A stretch of 63,949 nucleotides of DNA, counting the filler, from Trypethelium eluteriae (Eukaryota), in the NCBI GenBank assembly GCA_051942245.1. It is 3 parts of 3 records of this genome, joined end to end, with 100 filler letters (N's around TTAATTAATTAA, not from the genome) between each part and the next. Parts side by side here need not be neighbours in the genome. Positions count along the whole stretch, not along the records: positions 1 to 22,429 come from JAVECL010000444.1; 2 more parts are not named here. One strand, written 5' to 3'. A program made the position numbers and the translations under genes. How positions within the stretch are numbered: the stretch's first letter is position 1; each line of letters starts with the position of its first letter. Positions 1 to 12,937 of the stretch are shown here, piece after piece. The notes beneath the pieces were generated by a model, which was given only the letters and a program-made list of their open reading frames with translations, was not told the origin of the DNA and did no database searches.

Positions 1-124
1 GGTGGATGCGAAGGGGAGGGAGAGTGAGGTGGGACGGGAGGAGGGGCTGAGGGATGCTTGAATGGGGATGGGGAAGGTTTGATGCGTCTGGGCTGGATGT
101 GTTTTCGTTCGTTGCCGTAGCCAT
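1..124 (-). CDS. 5' end of a gene running off the window (Pro-rich N-terminus MATATNENIQPRRIKPSPSPFKHP...)
   Basis: AAAATGGCT start context at 124 on the minus strand; the frame is open to base 1. No family is recognisable. Confidence 0.45.
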   Translation of the reverse strand, partial: MATATNENTSSPDASNLPHPHSSIPQPLLPSHLTLPPLRIH

Positions 125-637
125 TTTTGGATGAGGATTGGGGTTCTGCTGGAGTCTGGGGCGGGGGGTTTATTTTTGATGGCGGGTTTGACAGAGGGCT
201 CTTAGATAGCCTCTCAGAACCGCATTGGGGCAACTGCATTCTCATAGTTGCGAGGACTATGGTACTATTCAGGATGTTTCTTGTCAAAGATAGCAAGTCA
301 ATAAATGATAATTCATTCGCAACGTTGATTTGAACACCTTAATCTGGCAATTCTGCAGACAGTTGTGAATGCGAAAACTCAAAGACATGAAATAGTCCAA
401 CTGATACTAAAGGTTGCGTACCTACCTCCAAATTTATAAGGTCTTCCTAATTTTTTCTTTTGATCTCAGACAGTCTGATGATGCCGTAAGAAATTTTAAA
501 GCCAGGATTAGTCCCTTGAGCCTTGCATGCACTGACGAGATCTCTCATTGCAGCCCAGTGGATGTATCGTTCTGCTGGGATAAATCTATCAAAGAGAGCT
601 GTATACATCGTGATGGGAAGGCGTAAGATAAGATACA

Positions 638-727
638 GCCCTTATGGTTCAGCGGTAGAATACGTCACTAGTAAGTCAAATACAGACTGTCATGACGGGG
701 TCCCTGGTTCGACTCCAGGTGAGGGCA
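638..727 (+). tRNA. tRNA-Thr(AGT) with 18-nt intron (674-691)
   Basis: Acceptor stem GCCCTTA/TGAGGGC-A; D arm GTTC..GAAT; anticodon stem CGTCA/TGACG with AGT at 670-672 and an intron after position 37; T arm CCTGG-TTCGACT-CCAGG. Confidence 0.93.
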
Positions 728-750
728 CATGAACTTCACAATAGATCTGC

Positions 751-763
751 TTTTTTTTTTTTT
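751..763 (+). terminator. Pol III oligo-T terminator of the tRNA
   Basis: T13 run starting 24 nt after the tRNA 3' end. Confidence 0.75.
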
Positions 764-1632
764 CTCACACTATATGGGTGCTATCTATAGGTCCAGTTCT
801 CTCAAGACATCCCTTGATATGATATCAAAAGGGATATGTAGTGGGTAGAGCAGGTGAACTGTAGGTTTTGGAATATATTCAGAATAATTAGGTACCTATG
901 CCAAGGACGCCAAATTTCATTGTAGCGAGCTACTTTGTATGGTAGGTGCCTTCATATTTTTGATGCTTGAAACAGCGTTCATCTTAGCATGCATTTAGGG
1001 CAATCTTGATTTTCAGAACACTTATTCTGGTGGTTTCTCGAAATTGAAGCATCTGAAACAACTCTGCTCAATTGAGCATGCTGCACATTCGCCTTGACTA
1101 CGAAAAGAACCAAAGGCCAAACAGCCACTTATAACATTAAACTACCAACGAAGACCTATGCAACGCGTACTGACGCATGGGGTCTAGCTGAGAGTTGCTG
1201 CGATCCAGAGATTTATAATGTCTGTCCTTCGAATGCTCTGGTTAAGACTCCGCTTGTAGAATGCAGGGAAGTTATTACTGCTAGAGATTTGTTCGGAACA
1301 GCGATAACTTTCTTTCTGATCACCACAGTTGCCTGGCATTCGCCCGTTGGACTGATTTTGACCTAAGAGAAGGGCAAGTGAGTCGCAATATTGAGAATCG
1401 CCAGACCTTGGACGATGGTAAGCAGCGGAAGTGCATTTCTGGTCTCCGAGGCCAATGCAAGTGCTGGTTGTAAGAAGTCATTCGATTCCTTGCGCAATGC
1501 AGGATTGAGTGAGCGAGCCTAATCAATTTCTTATACAAGTCATGATCCAGTAAAAGTGAAAGCGGCTTATTGGTAGTAAAAAAGTTGTCTTAATAGATAT
1601 TTACTTTTAGGTAGAATATATTTCATTCGCGC

Positions 1633-2424
1633 TCAGAACGTAAATTGAGGGATATTGATGGTGCTCACTGTCCAAGTCTTTCCTCCGTCGCTGGTTGACA
1701 TAGAGCCAGTAACGCCTGAGCTCTTTGAGAGAGTGCTACTGTATCCCGCGTCCGCTACATCCAAGGTGATCTTGGTGTTGATCCATGAGTGAGCGGGGAC
1801 GGTACCGCAATTATCTGCGGCGCACTCTACAGCGCTTCCCCAGCCCTGAGCATGCCCATCGCTGGTGGAGAGCGTCGAGACCTGGTTGCCGTTAACTAGC
1901 ACGTACTGCGTGTAGTTTCCGGTAGAATCGTTGTAAACATCTGTACGTAATCTATCAGTCTCGCGTTTGTGAAAAGCTAGGTCAAGTGCCTGGATAGCTT
2001 ACAGTGCATCGTCACTTGGTCGTTAGCATTGGCGGTGGAGCCAGGGGCTTGGATAGGCACTTGCGAGGTGGCTATGAGGACACCAATTAGCGTCGTTGCT
2101 GCTGCAGCGATACATAGATCTGTGGGACGAACGTGAAGTCTCTTTGAGCGTGTAGGCAAAGATGTTCCAGTTACTTTGTTGATAATTGTCGGCGATGGAC
2201 TGGATTAAGTCGCCATTTGAGGTGCCCATCCCAACCCAGAGGGAGGTATCTGCACCGCTACTACCACCGCTGGGGGCTTTGGGCAGGACAAGAGTTGACG
2301 TTGCCTCGCGGATCCAAGAGTTAGACGCAACAGGACCGGTACTGAAGGATGGACCAAAGGCAGCTTCGACTGAGCCAAAGGCAACAGCGGCGAGAACGGA
2401 GATTAGTTGACCTGAGGAAGGCAT
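1633..2424 (-). CDS. Secreted protein with concanavalin A-like / peptidase G1 (glutamic peptidase)-like fold; introns 2072-2132 and 1941-2002
   Basis: Signal peptide MPSSGQLISVLAAVAFGSVEA. Two GT..AG introns with CTAAT/CTGAT branch sites join three ORF pieces in frame. SLWVGMG..DLIQS and GSAVEC resemble the G1 family WVG/Q and E motifs. Confidence 0.75.
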
Positions 2425-4948
2425 AATGATGACTGGATGGGTCTGACTGATTGTTTTGAGACAGCGCTGACAATGTGATCTGCAAACATAGAAGACATAG
2501 GCTTGTTCTTATACTACCTTGTCTTTTGGGGGTTTGTAACTCTCGACCAGCCGTTGCAGACTCTAGCAGTCCTATCATATTTTTTACCGTGGTGAATCAA
2601 TTAACCCGGTGCATGCAGCATTGATATCCCAGGTATAATCCTAATAGCACCGCAACTCTTTTCAATGTTGGTCATAGTTTTTCCGATGACGCCCCGCAGT
2701 TCATTTAAGCAGTCGAGGGTCGAGGGTCAGGGGAAAAGGAGGCGGCGGAATTCAGAGAAATCCTCGGATGTTTGTCCCGAATCCAGCCTTCCGCCGGCCT
2801 TCGCGTCGCATATAGATTAGCTGCATCCTATTCCCTACATCCTATAATCTTAGTGCTTGCCGCCGTTCACCGTCAAATTGGCAAAGCCCAGCAATCTGGT
2901 GCTATGACGTCAGTCGATCGCCAACTACTCAAAGAGCGGACGGCCTCTTTCACCACTGAAGAAGTTCACTACCACCGGCAAATTGGGTCTGCCCCGCGCA
3001 TTGCATACCCCTTCGAGACTTTCACGACCTCCTACTGCATCGTCTAACACGAGACTATAGTCATTCAGTCATGACTGGTGGATATCTAAAGACCAATGCT
3101 GCTGTTCGTCGGATTGTGACGCTGTCCGTGTGATTCTCAGCTAGCAACTGACTGCATGATTGGCTTAAATGCGGCAGAGTTATAGGCATCAAAAAAAGAG
3201 TGGCCATCATCATAGCCCTGGCCCGATGAATTACTACTCTTTCAGATCTTCCTGAAACTACCGCTGGCTCTTACAGAAAGAGGAAGACCAGAGGATGTTA
3301 CTGCTTGCTTTGTCACTGGGGGAAGCGATATAACTTCACGAGATATGCAAGTCTGCCATGAGTTGCTTCTCGTTCGAGCGTTCATGGAGTTTGTCGAGAT
3401 TGGCCTCCTGATTGGTTGTCGATCAGAGATTAATGGGGTAACCGACTATCATTCGGATGAACGAATACCAATTTGAGGACGCAATGTAGAAGCTATGGTT
3501 TGTCTTGAGTTGAGTATCTTGTGATCCAAATATCAATGAGTATCCGATGATCAAGCGTCCAGCGTGGACTTGAGGGTATTTTCCGGAGGCTGCTTTAAAT
3601 GGAAATTTAGAAATAATGTGATTTCTCGAAATCAAGACCGTTGGCGAGTGGTTGAGAAATACACACAGATACTAGGGCCATTTTTCGCGACTATTACTTC
3701 ATCGCTGTAAAGACTCGCTCGCTAAAGCACCAAAGGTACCTACCTCTTCCTCTCTCACTCCATATCCCGCTTTGAATAAGCGTCACGGGCCGAGCCGTCG
3801 ACCTTCAGAGATCATCTAACCTTGCTTGGCTAGCACCATCAAGAGGTATTTCACCAAACCTCCTTTGCCTCTTCACTCCACTCCGCTTCGCCATTCCCAC
3901 AGGATCTGCGCTTAGCCGTCCTCGTCTGACTCTCTGGATGTGACATGTCTGCAATTCGGACAATGTTCCTTCATCGGTTTTGCCGACGCTTCTTAAGTGA
4001 AGGTCGTAGCCTTGAAGCTTCACTCATTTCGACAAGTTACCACATATAGTACAGCTGCTGCACCAAGAGCAGATCACAGAGGTACCAATATTCCGCGAAT
4101 AACTGATGCACTGGACCAAACTGCACCGATAGGCAACTTCTGGAGTCTCTGGACAAAATCGCCAACGCGCGAACCTCAGTCGACCATGAAGATCTAGCCG
4201 GTGAACATTCCGCAGACACTTCCTACAAAGTGAGAGTCCCCGGCAATCTGTAGAGGATCCTTAGCTATTTTGCTGGCGGCCTTCGGGAAATACGTGCAGA
4301 GTCTTCAACTGTTCCCTAGAACCTTGGTCGGTGCAGGGGGACCTTCCTTTACGAAACCGGTAACAATTCCAAACACTGTTCAGTTTCTTCGTACAGGGTG
4401 ACCGGTAAGATTGTCGTTTTCTCAGCTATCATCACTGTGTATCTGTTCTCGCTCTTCGAGACTGGCCTCGTCACCAACGTAGAGACAGCTCTCGTTAGAG
4501 GGCATTGGACTTCGACAGCATCCCTAGGTGCTCTCGGGGTTCTTGCCGCAGATCAGTCATGTCTGCAGGCTGTCGACAAGATGTTGGGACCATTGGCTGT
4601 TCCAGTATGGTATTGCAAAGCGAGTCGTAGAGGAGTTCGAAGTCAGAAAAGGAATACTGGACGGGCGCAACTGGAGGTGTCGGCTCACAACATGCAAAAC
4701 TGGGCTTAGTATCCAACGTCGTCTTCATAAACGTTGTGTTTTCAGAGGTATTGCTCGCAGTTTAGCAGAATTTCATTGTTCTCAGATACCCTTTTGGTCT
4801 AGTTACCCGATTCATGAAATGACTTGTGAAAGAAGATGGCTTCAGTCGAGGTCTGGGCTAGTGCTGGAAAGTCATCTCAGCAGCTGTGAAATGTACACCT
4901 CGATATCTTGAGAAGGCTAGGCACGCAGTAAACAGTAGTAAAAGCAGT

Positions 4949-7123
4949 TCAGGCATCTTGCACCAGAGAATCCACCCCATTGAGTTTGTCAAATGATCTC
5001 TTGGTCTGTCTCCCCGCACAGCCAACTCGCATATCCCAAGAGACCAAGCCGTGACCCGTCAGCCCGTAGAGCTTGTCTTCCCCCACAAATGCGAGCTTGT
5101 GGACTACTGAGTCATTCGGCAGCTCTACAGGCGGAATGACAACCGCTTTCCCCACACGCTCGTATACTTGATAGAAGGAATGACCGCAAGACGATGCATA
5201 CTCTGAATCATCTGCCGAATCTAGCTCCTTGACGTCCACAGACGGGTCTTCGAATGGATCCAGAAAAGCTTCCGGGTCAATTGCCCAGACAAGGACGCCT
5301 TTCCAATGGGCAGTGGCAATCCGAGTTCCCCCGGCGGAGATGGCAAGGATAGGGCCGATGGAGGGCATAATGGTGCCGTCAAAGCCATCAAGTTTTGCGA
5401 CGGTGAAAAGCTTAGTATGGTTGTAGAAGATACCCACCTCTAGCGGAGAGCAGGCTGAAGAATCTCTTCCACTTTTGACGAGGTAGATCTGTTTAGGGTG
5501 TTCATGTTTGAATCCGACATGGAGCGCCTACTACTTCTCAGTATCTTCCCTCTGTGCTGGGATGTAAACTTACGGTATTCAGACAGGTCTTGTCATTAGC
5601 AAATAAACCTCTGACTTTGCATCTGTGATAAGTTGCGAAAGTCGGCCCAAGAGAAAACTTCGCCATTCGGTCAAATTCGTCGCCAAAGGTGGCATAGGTA
5701 TCTCGCACCAACCCACCCGAAGCCCCCTTTGCGGTGCATTTCCATTCTGGCACGGGTAAACTTGAAAAAAGGTAGATGAGGTCATCTTTTCCTCCCACAT
5801 TTGTGAGATACCTGGGACGATTGACTTCAGCCAAACGCCTGAAATCTAGATTTATATGATAGGGCCACACTTTGAGTCCCACTGTATGGTATATTAGCAG
5901 AGCGCCAATGAAAATATTCTGAGGCTCAATTCTAAGATTATCTCAGATGAAGATAACACAGAGAGCTTCTCTGGGTGTCCTCAGACCAGAAGCGACGCTT
6001 CAGGACGATGGAGGCAATCAAGATTTTCATTGGGGTCCTCCCAGCTGAGAGCAGAACCGTTACCATCATTCAGCACAATTAGAGGTACGCAGCTCTTCTC
6101 TCAAACCTGTTTTCGGCTGTTCTGCACTTGGTTCACTGAATCTCAACCTTGTTGAAAGCCGTTATTCCTTGAGTTTTGTTGGGGGCCCTTCATATCCGAG
6201 GAGGTCGATGTATTGGTCATCTTCCTGATACTCGGTCCTCCAATGGTACTTGTAAGGATCTACAAATGCATTCACTAGCGATAAAATTACTTACTGTCCC
6301 CACCATAATGGCGGTCTCCGAGATCGACACTGAGCAGCCGCACACGAGCAAATTTGTTTCGTATGGCAATGATGGCGTTCACCGCTTCTTCGCCGATCGT
6401 CAACCCCATCACCTCCTCACCTCTTTCTATTGGAACATCTCGCATAGCATAGATGATATTACCATAGAAGGTTGCAAGCTTCAGAAGCTCTTGAGATCTG
6501 TCGACTGCGGCCTTGATGAAAGAGTTTCCGTTGTCGTCGCCAACACGGTACCCGTATAGAACGACCAATTTGCTCGTTGGCTTTTTGGAGCATCTCCTGT
6601 TATGTAATTCTGGAATAGATGCGACCTTGAGGACCTCTACTGTGCAGTCGTGCGATTCCCGACTGCCCCCATGTAATGCGAGAAAGGGTGTTTCGAGGCA
6701 GTAAGAAAATACTACATCATTTTGCTCAAGAAGGTAGACTTCAATGCTACTATCACATGCATTTACCATGACTAGTACGCAGTGGGTTTTAGAGCACCCG
6801 CACGCTTCGAGAAGGCTGGGGTTCGCTTTGACGTACCCAGTAGATTCAACCCATAAACGATCAGCAAGAATGTTGACGCCATTTTGTAGACTATCGTGAA
6901 GCCGAGTATTGAGCAGTTGTTTGAGTGAATCGACTTCCAGAGACGTTCCGTCCACGGCACGGCCAGGTAGGCGAGAGAGGTGGCAAAGCAAAGGCTTCTT
7001 GGCGGAGAAGACAGCGGTCTGGAACGTTCTGCACGCCACTGAGGCTACATAGAGGCTATTAGGATCAAGCCATGCGAGAATGAGATCGAGTATTTCGGGA
7101 GGTAGGTCCGGTAAAAGCATCAT
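4949..7123 (-). CDS. F-box domain protein (~571 aa); introns 5882-6294 and 5528-5573
   Basis: N-terminal LPDLPPEILDLILAWLDPNSLYVASVACRTF F-box motif. Splice phases join ORFs 6287-7123, 5538-5882 and 4949-5437. The C-terminus is beta-strand rich. Confidence 0.8.
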
Positions 7124-7788
7124 TATTTCCCAAGCGTCTGCTGGTTGTCTCGGACGGAGATGGTGTAGTTCTCGCGAAGCAGGGTACGGCGAACCTTGGC
7201 TGATGGGGGCAAGGGAGCATGCACGTGATCAGGTGAGCGTGCACGACTTGTGTTCCGTCACTTTTCCGGAAAATAATGCATTCACCGCAGCACGCCGTCA
7301 AGCCTTACAAAATCGTCGTCGATAGTTGCGGACAAGGCAGGCAAGGCTAAGTGCTACTTTACAGTATTGGAGGTGGTCGAAACTTTAACCTGCACAGATG
7401 TCGAGGACACCCCCAGCTAAATTCCCAAAACTTTAGCCGATTACAACAACTGTTTAGTCCTCCACGAATGGATCTGGGACGACTCGGGTCGATCTCCCAG
7501 GGTATTGGGAGGCAGGCTGAGCTTTAGTATTCAAAGGTTAAGCTTGCAAGGCACAACAAGGACATGCAATGCCAGCCACCATTTTTGACATATCTGAATA
7601 GGGCGAATCGAGACCGAAACTCGCAAGTGCTATTTACTCCAACAAAACTATTTCATTCTAAGAACTACTCTACATAAGCATCGGGGTATATTTATAAACA
7701 GTGTATAACCACGTAGTTCCTCCTTAGGAGATTGCAACAGATTCCAACGCTACAAGCCCTTGCGCCCTCCGTTCCAATACGGCCCGTA

Positions 7789-9985
7789 CTATCTCATGTC
7801 CAGGGATGGAAAGCTTGGGATGGGATTCAAGATCGGAACACCCTTCTCTTTCTTCTCAGGTATTGCTGTGGGTATTGATTCTGGGATCGGCTCGCCATAT
7901 ATAGTAGGAGGAACGTAGCTCGGTCGACGCACTGGCATATCAGATTGCGAGAGTGCTACGTGCCGACCAAGACTGTATTGGTCTTGCTGTTTCATTCGTT
8001 GCACAGCAGCGTGCTTGAAGTGACCATCGAAAGCCATCTGTTCCTGTTCGCTTGGAAAATCGAGGACTACACTCGTTCCATCAAGATTCTCGACAGCCGG
8101 TTTGCTTTTGTCTTTCGACGAAGAGCACGTTGGTACTGCAACTGCGCGGATATTCCAGAAATCAAGCTGTGATTCGTTCACGGTCAGTCTTCGCAACGGA
8201 AAAGTCTTTCCTCTAGATCTTTCGAGGATTGATTGATATCCCTGTCTATGGCGGAGGTTCTTCTTCAACTCGACTTGTGGCAATTCTAGATACCATATCG
8301 TGTACTTCGAATTCCGTTGTACCAAGAATACCAGTGCAGGCGGTGGAGGTAATTCTGCAATCATCATTTCTCCACCTCCTTGAGCATCCGTGAGCGAGAC
8401 AATGTTGGGATCAAACATCTGGAACGTCTGCTGCGCAGAGCTCGAGTGCCTCGATCCCGAACACATGCTATTACCTCGCCTGCTCGATGAAGAGTCGGTT
8501 GGGGATTGCCCGCTCCGAGATTTCGAAACGGGCCATTGCCATATTTGTATTTCGCCGACCCCTTTTGCAAGATCACTTCTGTTAATCCGAGAGGCACGCC
8601 GCCAAGTGACTGTACAGGTAATGCCGGTGGCGAGGGAGACGGCATGATATCCGGTGAAAGCCGTTTGAATTCGAAGAGCTGTTCGGCGGCTCGGAAATTC
8701 GTAGGACACAGGACCACCTCCTTTGCCATTTGTAATACCCAGCCTATAACAGTCGCCATTCGGAGGAGCCAAGGCGTAGAATGGCACCAATCCATCGCAA
8801 TCCAAGTCTAAGAAACGTTCAGTCATCTGGGGTCCAATCGATTGATCTGGCGATAAGTGTCGTGAACTGACGAGGCGCAGTGTGCTTTCACTGACGCGGA
8901 AAATGAACAGATCTTCCTTCTGATCAGGATGAGGATCGACCAAAGTGACTTCGGCAAGCTTTTCTTCTCGATCATTCTTGTCGGTTAGAACCTCTGGTTT
9001 GGGGGGATCCCTAACCGGCCATATTGCCCATGCAGTATTATCCAGTTCCTCAAAGTCTTCTGCGTTCCATGATTCGACCTTGAGTGACTGGTATTGCCTC
9101 TCTATTCGCTGTCGGGCCTGTTCAAGAACACGACGGTAGAGTGAACCTTGGCGACTCTGCGAGAAAGAAGCAGATGATTCGATGGCCTGGAACAGCCAGT
9201 GCGCTTTCAAAAGGCTCAAATTCTGTTTTTTGACTGGAAGGATACCAGAGCACGTCGACTCAATTGCAGAGTCACGATAATGAAGGAGCATTGCATCTAT
9301 GCCCTCTCTGAGAGGTACATTCCGGGCTCCATCGATTGGTACTGGACAGTTTCTAGACAATGCGTCTGTCAAAACAGTATCCACTGACGGAGGTATTTTC
9401 GGAAGCTGTTTCATACTAGACATTCCAAAGTGTCGACGAAGAAGTGCCAATATCTCCTGTGTGTCCGCGGATATATCTGTGACCAGTTCAAGTCGCAGTG
9501 GTTCGAGGAAGAGATAGATTTTGTAGCTATGTAAGTGCAGCTCTTTTCGTAGATCGTCGACTCGAGGTTGTGATCTCGCATACCAGAAGCCGTTCTCCAG
9601 AGCTGTTGCTCGTTCGCCGTTGAACCTCGCATGCGCCTTCAGTAATTGTTTACATTCTCGGAGAGTCGCCAGATAATCCCCAATAAGCTTCTCGGATTCC
9701 AGTTTGAGCAGCTTAAGCCTAGTTAGGTCCATTCGTCCAATTTGTTCGAACGCATTCTCGAAGGAGGCTTGAAGCTGCGTAATGCGAGTCTCAAGTTGGA
9801 GAACATCGTCCCGGAAAGCGAGGTAGAGTACGCTTTAATTGATACGTCAGTCGGTGAGTCTTCGTAGTGAAGAAGTATTGCAGGACCTACCTGGCATTTT
9901 TGATCGGATTGAAGCAATTCTTATGGAGCCAGTGACATATTTCCAGCGCCTTGATGAGGTCGCTAATACTCACTGGGAAAGACAT
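7789..9985 (-). CDS. Hypothetical protein with HeLo/SesA-like fungal N-terminal helical domain; intron 9833-9890
   Basis: Exon 1 MSFPVSISDLIKALEICHWLHKNCFNPIKNA splices (GTAGGT..CTGAC..AAG) in frame to VLYLAFRDDVLQLETRITQLQASFENA and the 647-aa ORF. The N-terminus resembles the 'MSFGFSVGDFI' class of STAND-associated N-terminal domains. Confidence 0.75.
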
Positions 9986-10890
9986 GTGTTCCTGGACGAT
10001 CGGCCCGAAGCCTGCCCGATCCTCATTCTCAACCCTTCCTATCCCAACTATCCTATAGCTTGCTCAACGCGAATGTCTTTGACCTCCCTTGCGATTCTCA
10101 TGAAGGAGAAGTCGAAGATTGGAGGAGCGTCTGACTTCAGTCCTTGCCTCCGGTTCATACGTGACTATCAGGCAGCCGAGCCTCGTTGCCTAGACTCCTC
10201 AATATCACTCAAAGCTGAACTGGCGTTCCCGCCCGACAGTAGTCTCGTCTGTGTTTCTGAAGGATCTGTAGCTACTTCATGCGAGGATCGCGCCTCTGAC
10301 ATAGCCAGCGCTTCTCACTCCTTCGTCGACCAGTGGCGGGCCACCTTCATATCTCTTCTCCGCCCTGATAGCTGCCAAGGACAGCCAATATACTTTCGAT
10401 ATGCAGGCAAGGCTGGACCAGAAGCCACGTGAAGCTAATAATGTCAAGGCAAGGCAGATTCCGCCTCAAAAACGTGAATGGGTTGGGTTTGGACTCTTGA
10501 ATCCCACTGCGCTTTTCCTATCCTGTACATTGCTTTTTCAATCCGGTTTTCGTTCCTTCCCAACCCGCAGAATATGTTCTTGCTTTTTTGCTCAATCCTG
10601 AATGCAGGGCGTATTGCTGCCTTGCAGTCTTCCGTTCATGTGAAGCACAAGCATAAGCATAGTCTAGAAGAGTCACAGTCACAATCTTTGCACTATCTCA
10701 AACCTTTCAACTATTGTTCCATCAGTGAAGTATCCGGGGGGCTCCTCAACCCTACAGTTGGAACCCCATCCTTCAAGTGAAACCCACAATATTTCTTCCT
10801 CATGGTCCCAAATTCAGGTCTCTCTCATTTGCCGGTAGTTGGTCCCTTTGACGTCTTACCCTTTTGACTCACAAGCGCTATCACGACAAG

Positions 10891-12937
10891 ATGGAAAAGC
10901 CTGAATTAAATGCCAACGAGGCTTTTGAAGACCATGGGGTTGATCATCTGACGCGTGAAGAGTTGGATCAAGCCCACAAAGACTATGACGAACACAGACA
11001 GGCAAGTCCCTTGTAGGTCCACCGCTTTCGAGTCTTTCGTCTGACCAAATTTATCAACAGAGGATAGAAGTTGCACCTTCTAACTCTCACTTGCTTGGCC
11101 CATTCACAGTAGTCTGTATGGTATTCAATCGAACGATTGGATCAGGCATTTGGACAGTTCCTTCAAAGACTCTGGTTGGATCTGGAAGTGTTGGAGGTTG
11201 CCTTTTAATCTGGACCGCTTCTGGTATCATTGCAATGTGCGGTGCCCTTTGCTGGCTGGAAGTGGGTCTATCAATACCATTTTACCGTATCAAGGATCGT
11301 AATGGCATTGAACATGATGTCTCTGCTCCTCGTTCTGGGGGTGAAAAGAATTACGTGAGTCAAATCGAATTCGACTTCACTGGCAATACTGACTTTGTTA
11401 GCTTGAGTACGTCTTCAAGAAACCTGGATTCTTGGCGACATGCATATATGGTATCATGTTCATCATACTGGGCAACATCTCAGGAAATGCGATCGCTTTC
11501 GGAAGCTACACAGCAGTCGCGGCCGGGAAAGACCCAACGAAGGGCTTGGTAGTAGGACTTGCTATCTTGACACTCTGTGTCTCTTCTGGTATTCACGTCT
11601 TCACTAGACGAGGAGGTATTCTTTTGAACAACTTCCTAGCAATTGCCAAGATCTTGATCCTCCTTACCATGAGTATACTTGGTTTTGTCCATGCGGGTGG
11701 AAAGTACCTTCAAGCCACTGGAAGTTTCACGAATATGCAGGCTACCGGAAACGTCATGAACGTAACAGCAACGGAAATCAACAACGCTGCGGTGTCTAAC
11801 TTTGACGTCCACACCTCATTCCAAACATCGATTCATGATGTGGCGAGCTATGTTGACAGCTTTCTTTTCGCTTTATTCTCTTGCACGGGATTCGAACAAC
11901 CATTCTACGCTTTAAGCGAATTCTCACGGCCGAGGAAGGTCCTCCCAACATATACTCTCTCTGCGGTGGGATGTCTCATGATTGTCTACACGTTAGTCAA
12001 TGTCAGTTACTTCTGTGTCATACCGAAAGAGGCGTATACAGAGAACACGTTGGTCGCAAGCACTTTTTTCCATTATCTCCTCGACTCAAGCGGAGATTCA
12101 CAAAAAGCATACCGAGTTATGGCTGGTCTGGTTGCATTTTCATGCTTTGGAAATGTCATCATCATTACCTTCACGGCCGCCAGGGTAAAACAAGAAATCG
12201 CAAAACAGGGAGTTCTTCCGTACTCCCTCTTCTTTGCGTCTGGACATACAACACCTTGGGCTTGGCTCAAAAGCCGAATCGTACCTATTCCACGATCGAC
12301 GTCAATAGCTGGAGTGGAGGGCATCAGTCTTGAAGACTACAAGGAGAAAACTCCAATGGCTGCATTCGGACTTCACTGGTTCTCCTCCGTCTTCCTTATC
12401 CTCGTCACTGTCGGACTGAAATCTCAGGCTCAGTATAACTTCTTATCGGCAATCTACAGCTATGTGTTGGTCAACATATTAGGATCCCTCGTCAGTGGTA
12501 GCCTGCTGTATCTGAAGCTTGATTCTTACTTTCGTGGAGAAAATGGAAACAATTGGACAGCCAAAGCAGGCGCAACAGGCTTCATCCCACGTATCAGTCC
12601 TATTCATGCTATCGTCTACTTTGTTGCAAACACTTTCATGATCTTCGCTTCTTTTGTGAAACCCAGCAAGGACTCCGCGTACACATCTTCGAAGCAGGGG
12701 TATCCGTGGTATGTCTTGCCTACCGTTGGTCTCTCTTGCCTGTTGCTGGGTGTCGCATGGTGGACAGGATTGAAGGGGGTTGAGTGGCATCGCAGGAGGA
12801 CATTGGTAGTTTCCAGAACGCCATATATCGAGAGGGTCAGCGAAGGTGAATACGTTCAAAAGGCAGAGTTAGTTGAACATGAGTGGATCCCGGACACCAT
12901 CGGTGACAGCGACAGTGAAAGGGCTAATGTGTCATGA
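10891..12937 (+). CDS. Amino-acid permease, APC/LAT family (high-affinity methionine permease Mup1-like); introns 11002-11060 (GC-AG) and 11355-11401
   Basis: Motifs FNRTIGSGIW, PRSGGEKNYLEY and ARVKQEIAKQGVLPYS; many hydrophobic TM segments. Confidence 0.88.

Noticed and set aside
2772..4911. Several short ORFs between the G1-like and F-box genes
   Set aside because: Mostly non-ATG starts, no consistent splice model and no recognisable domain.
9839..10432. 197-aa plus-strand ORF
   Set aside because: No ATG start; it is antisense to the first exon and promoter of the 7789-9985 gene; no recognisable motif.
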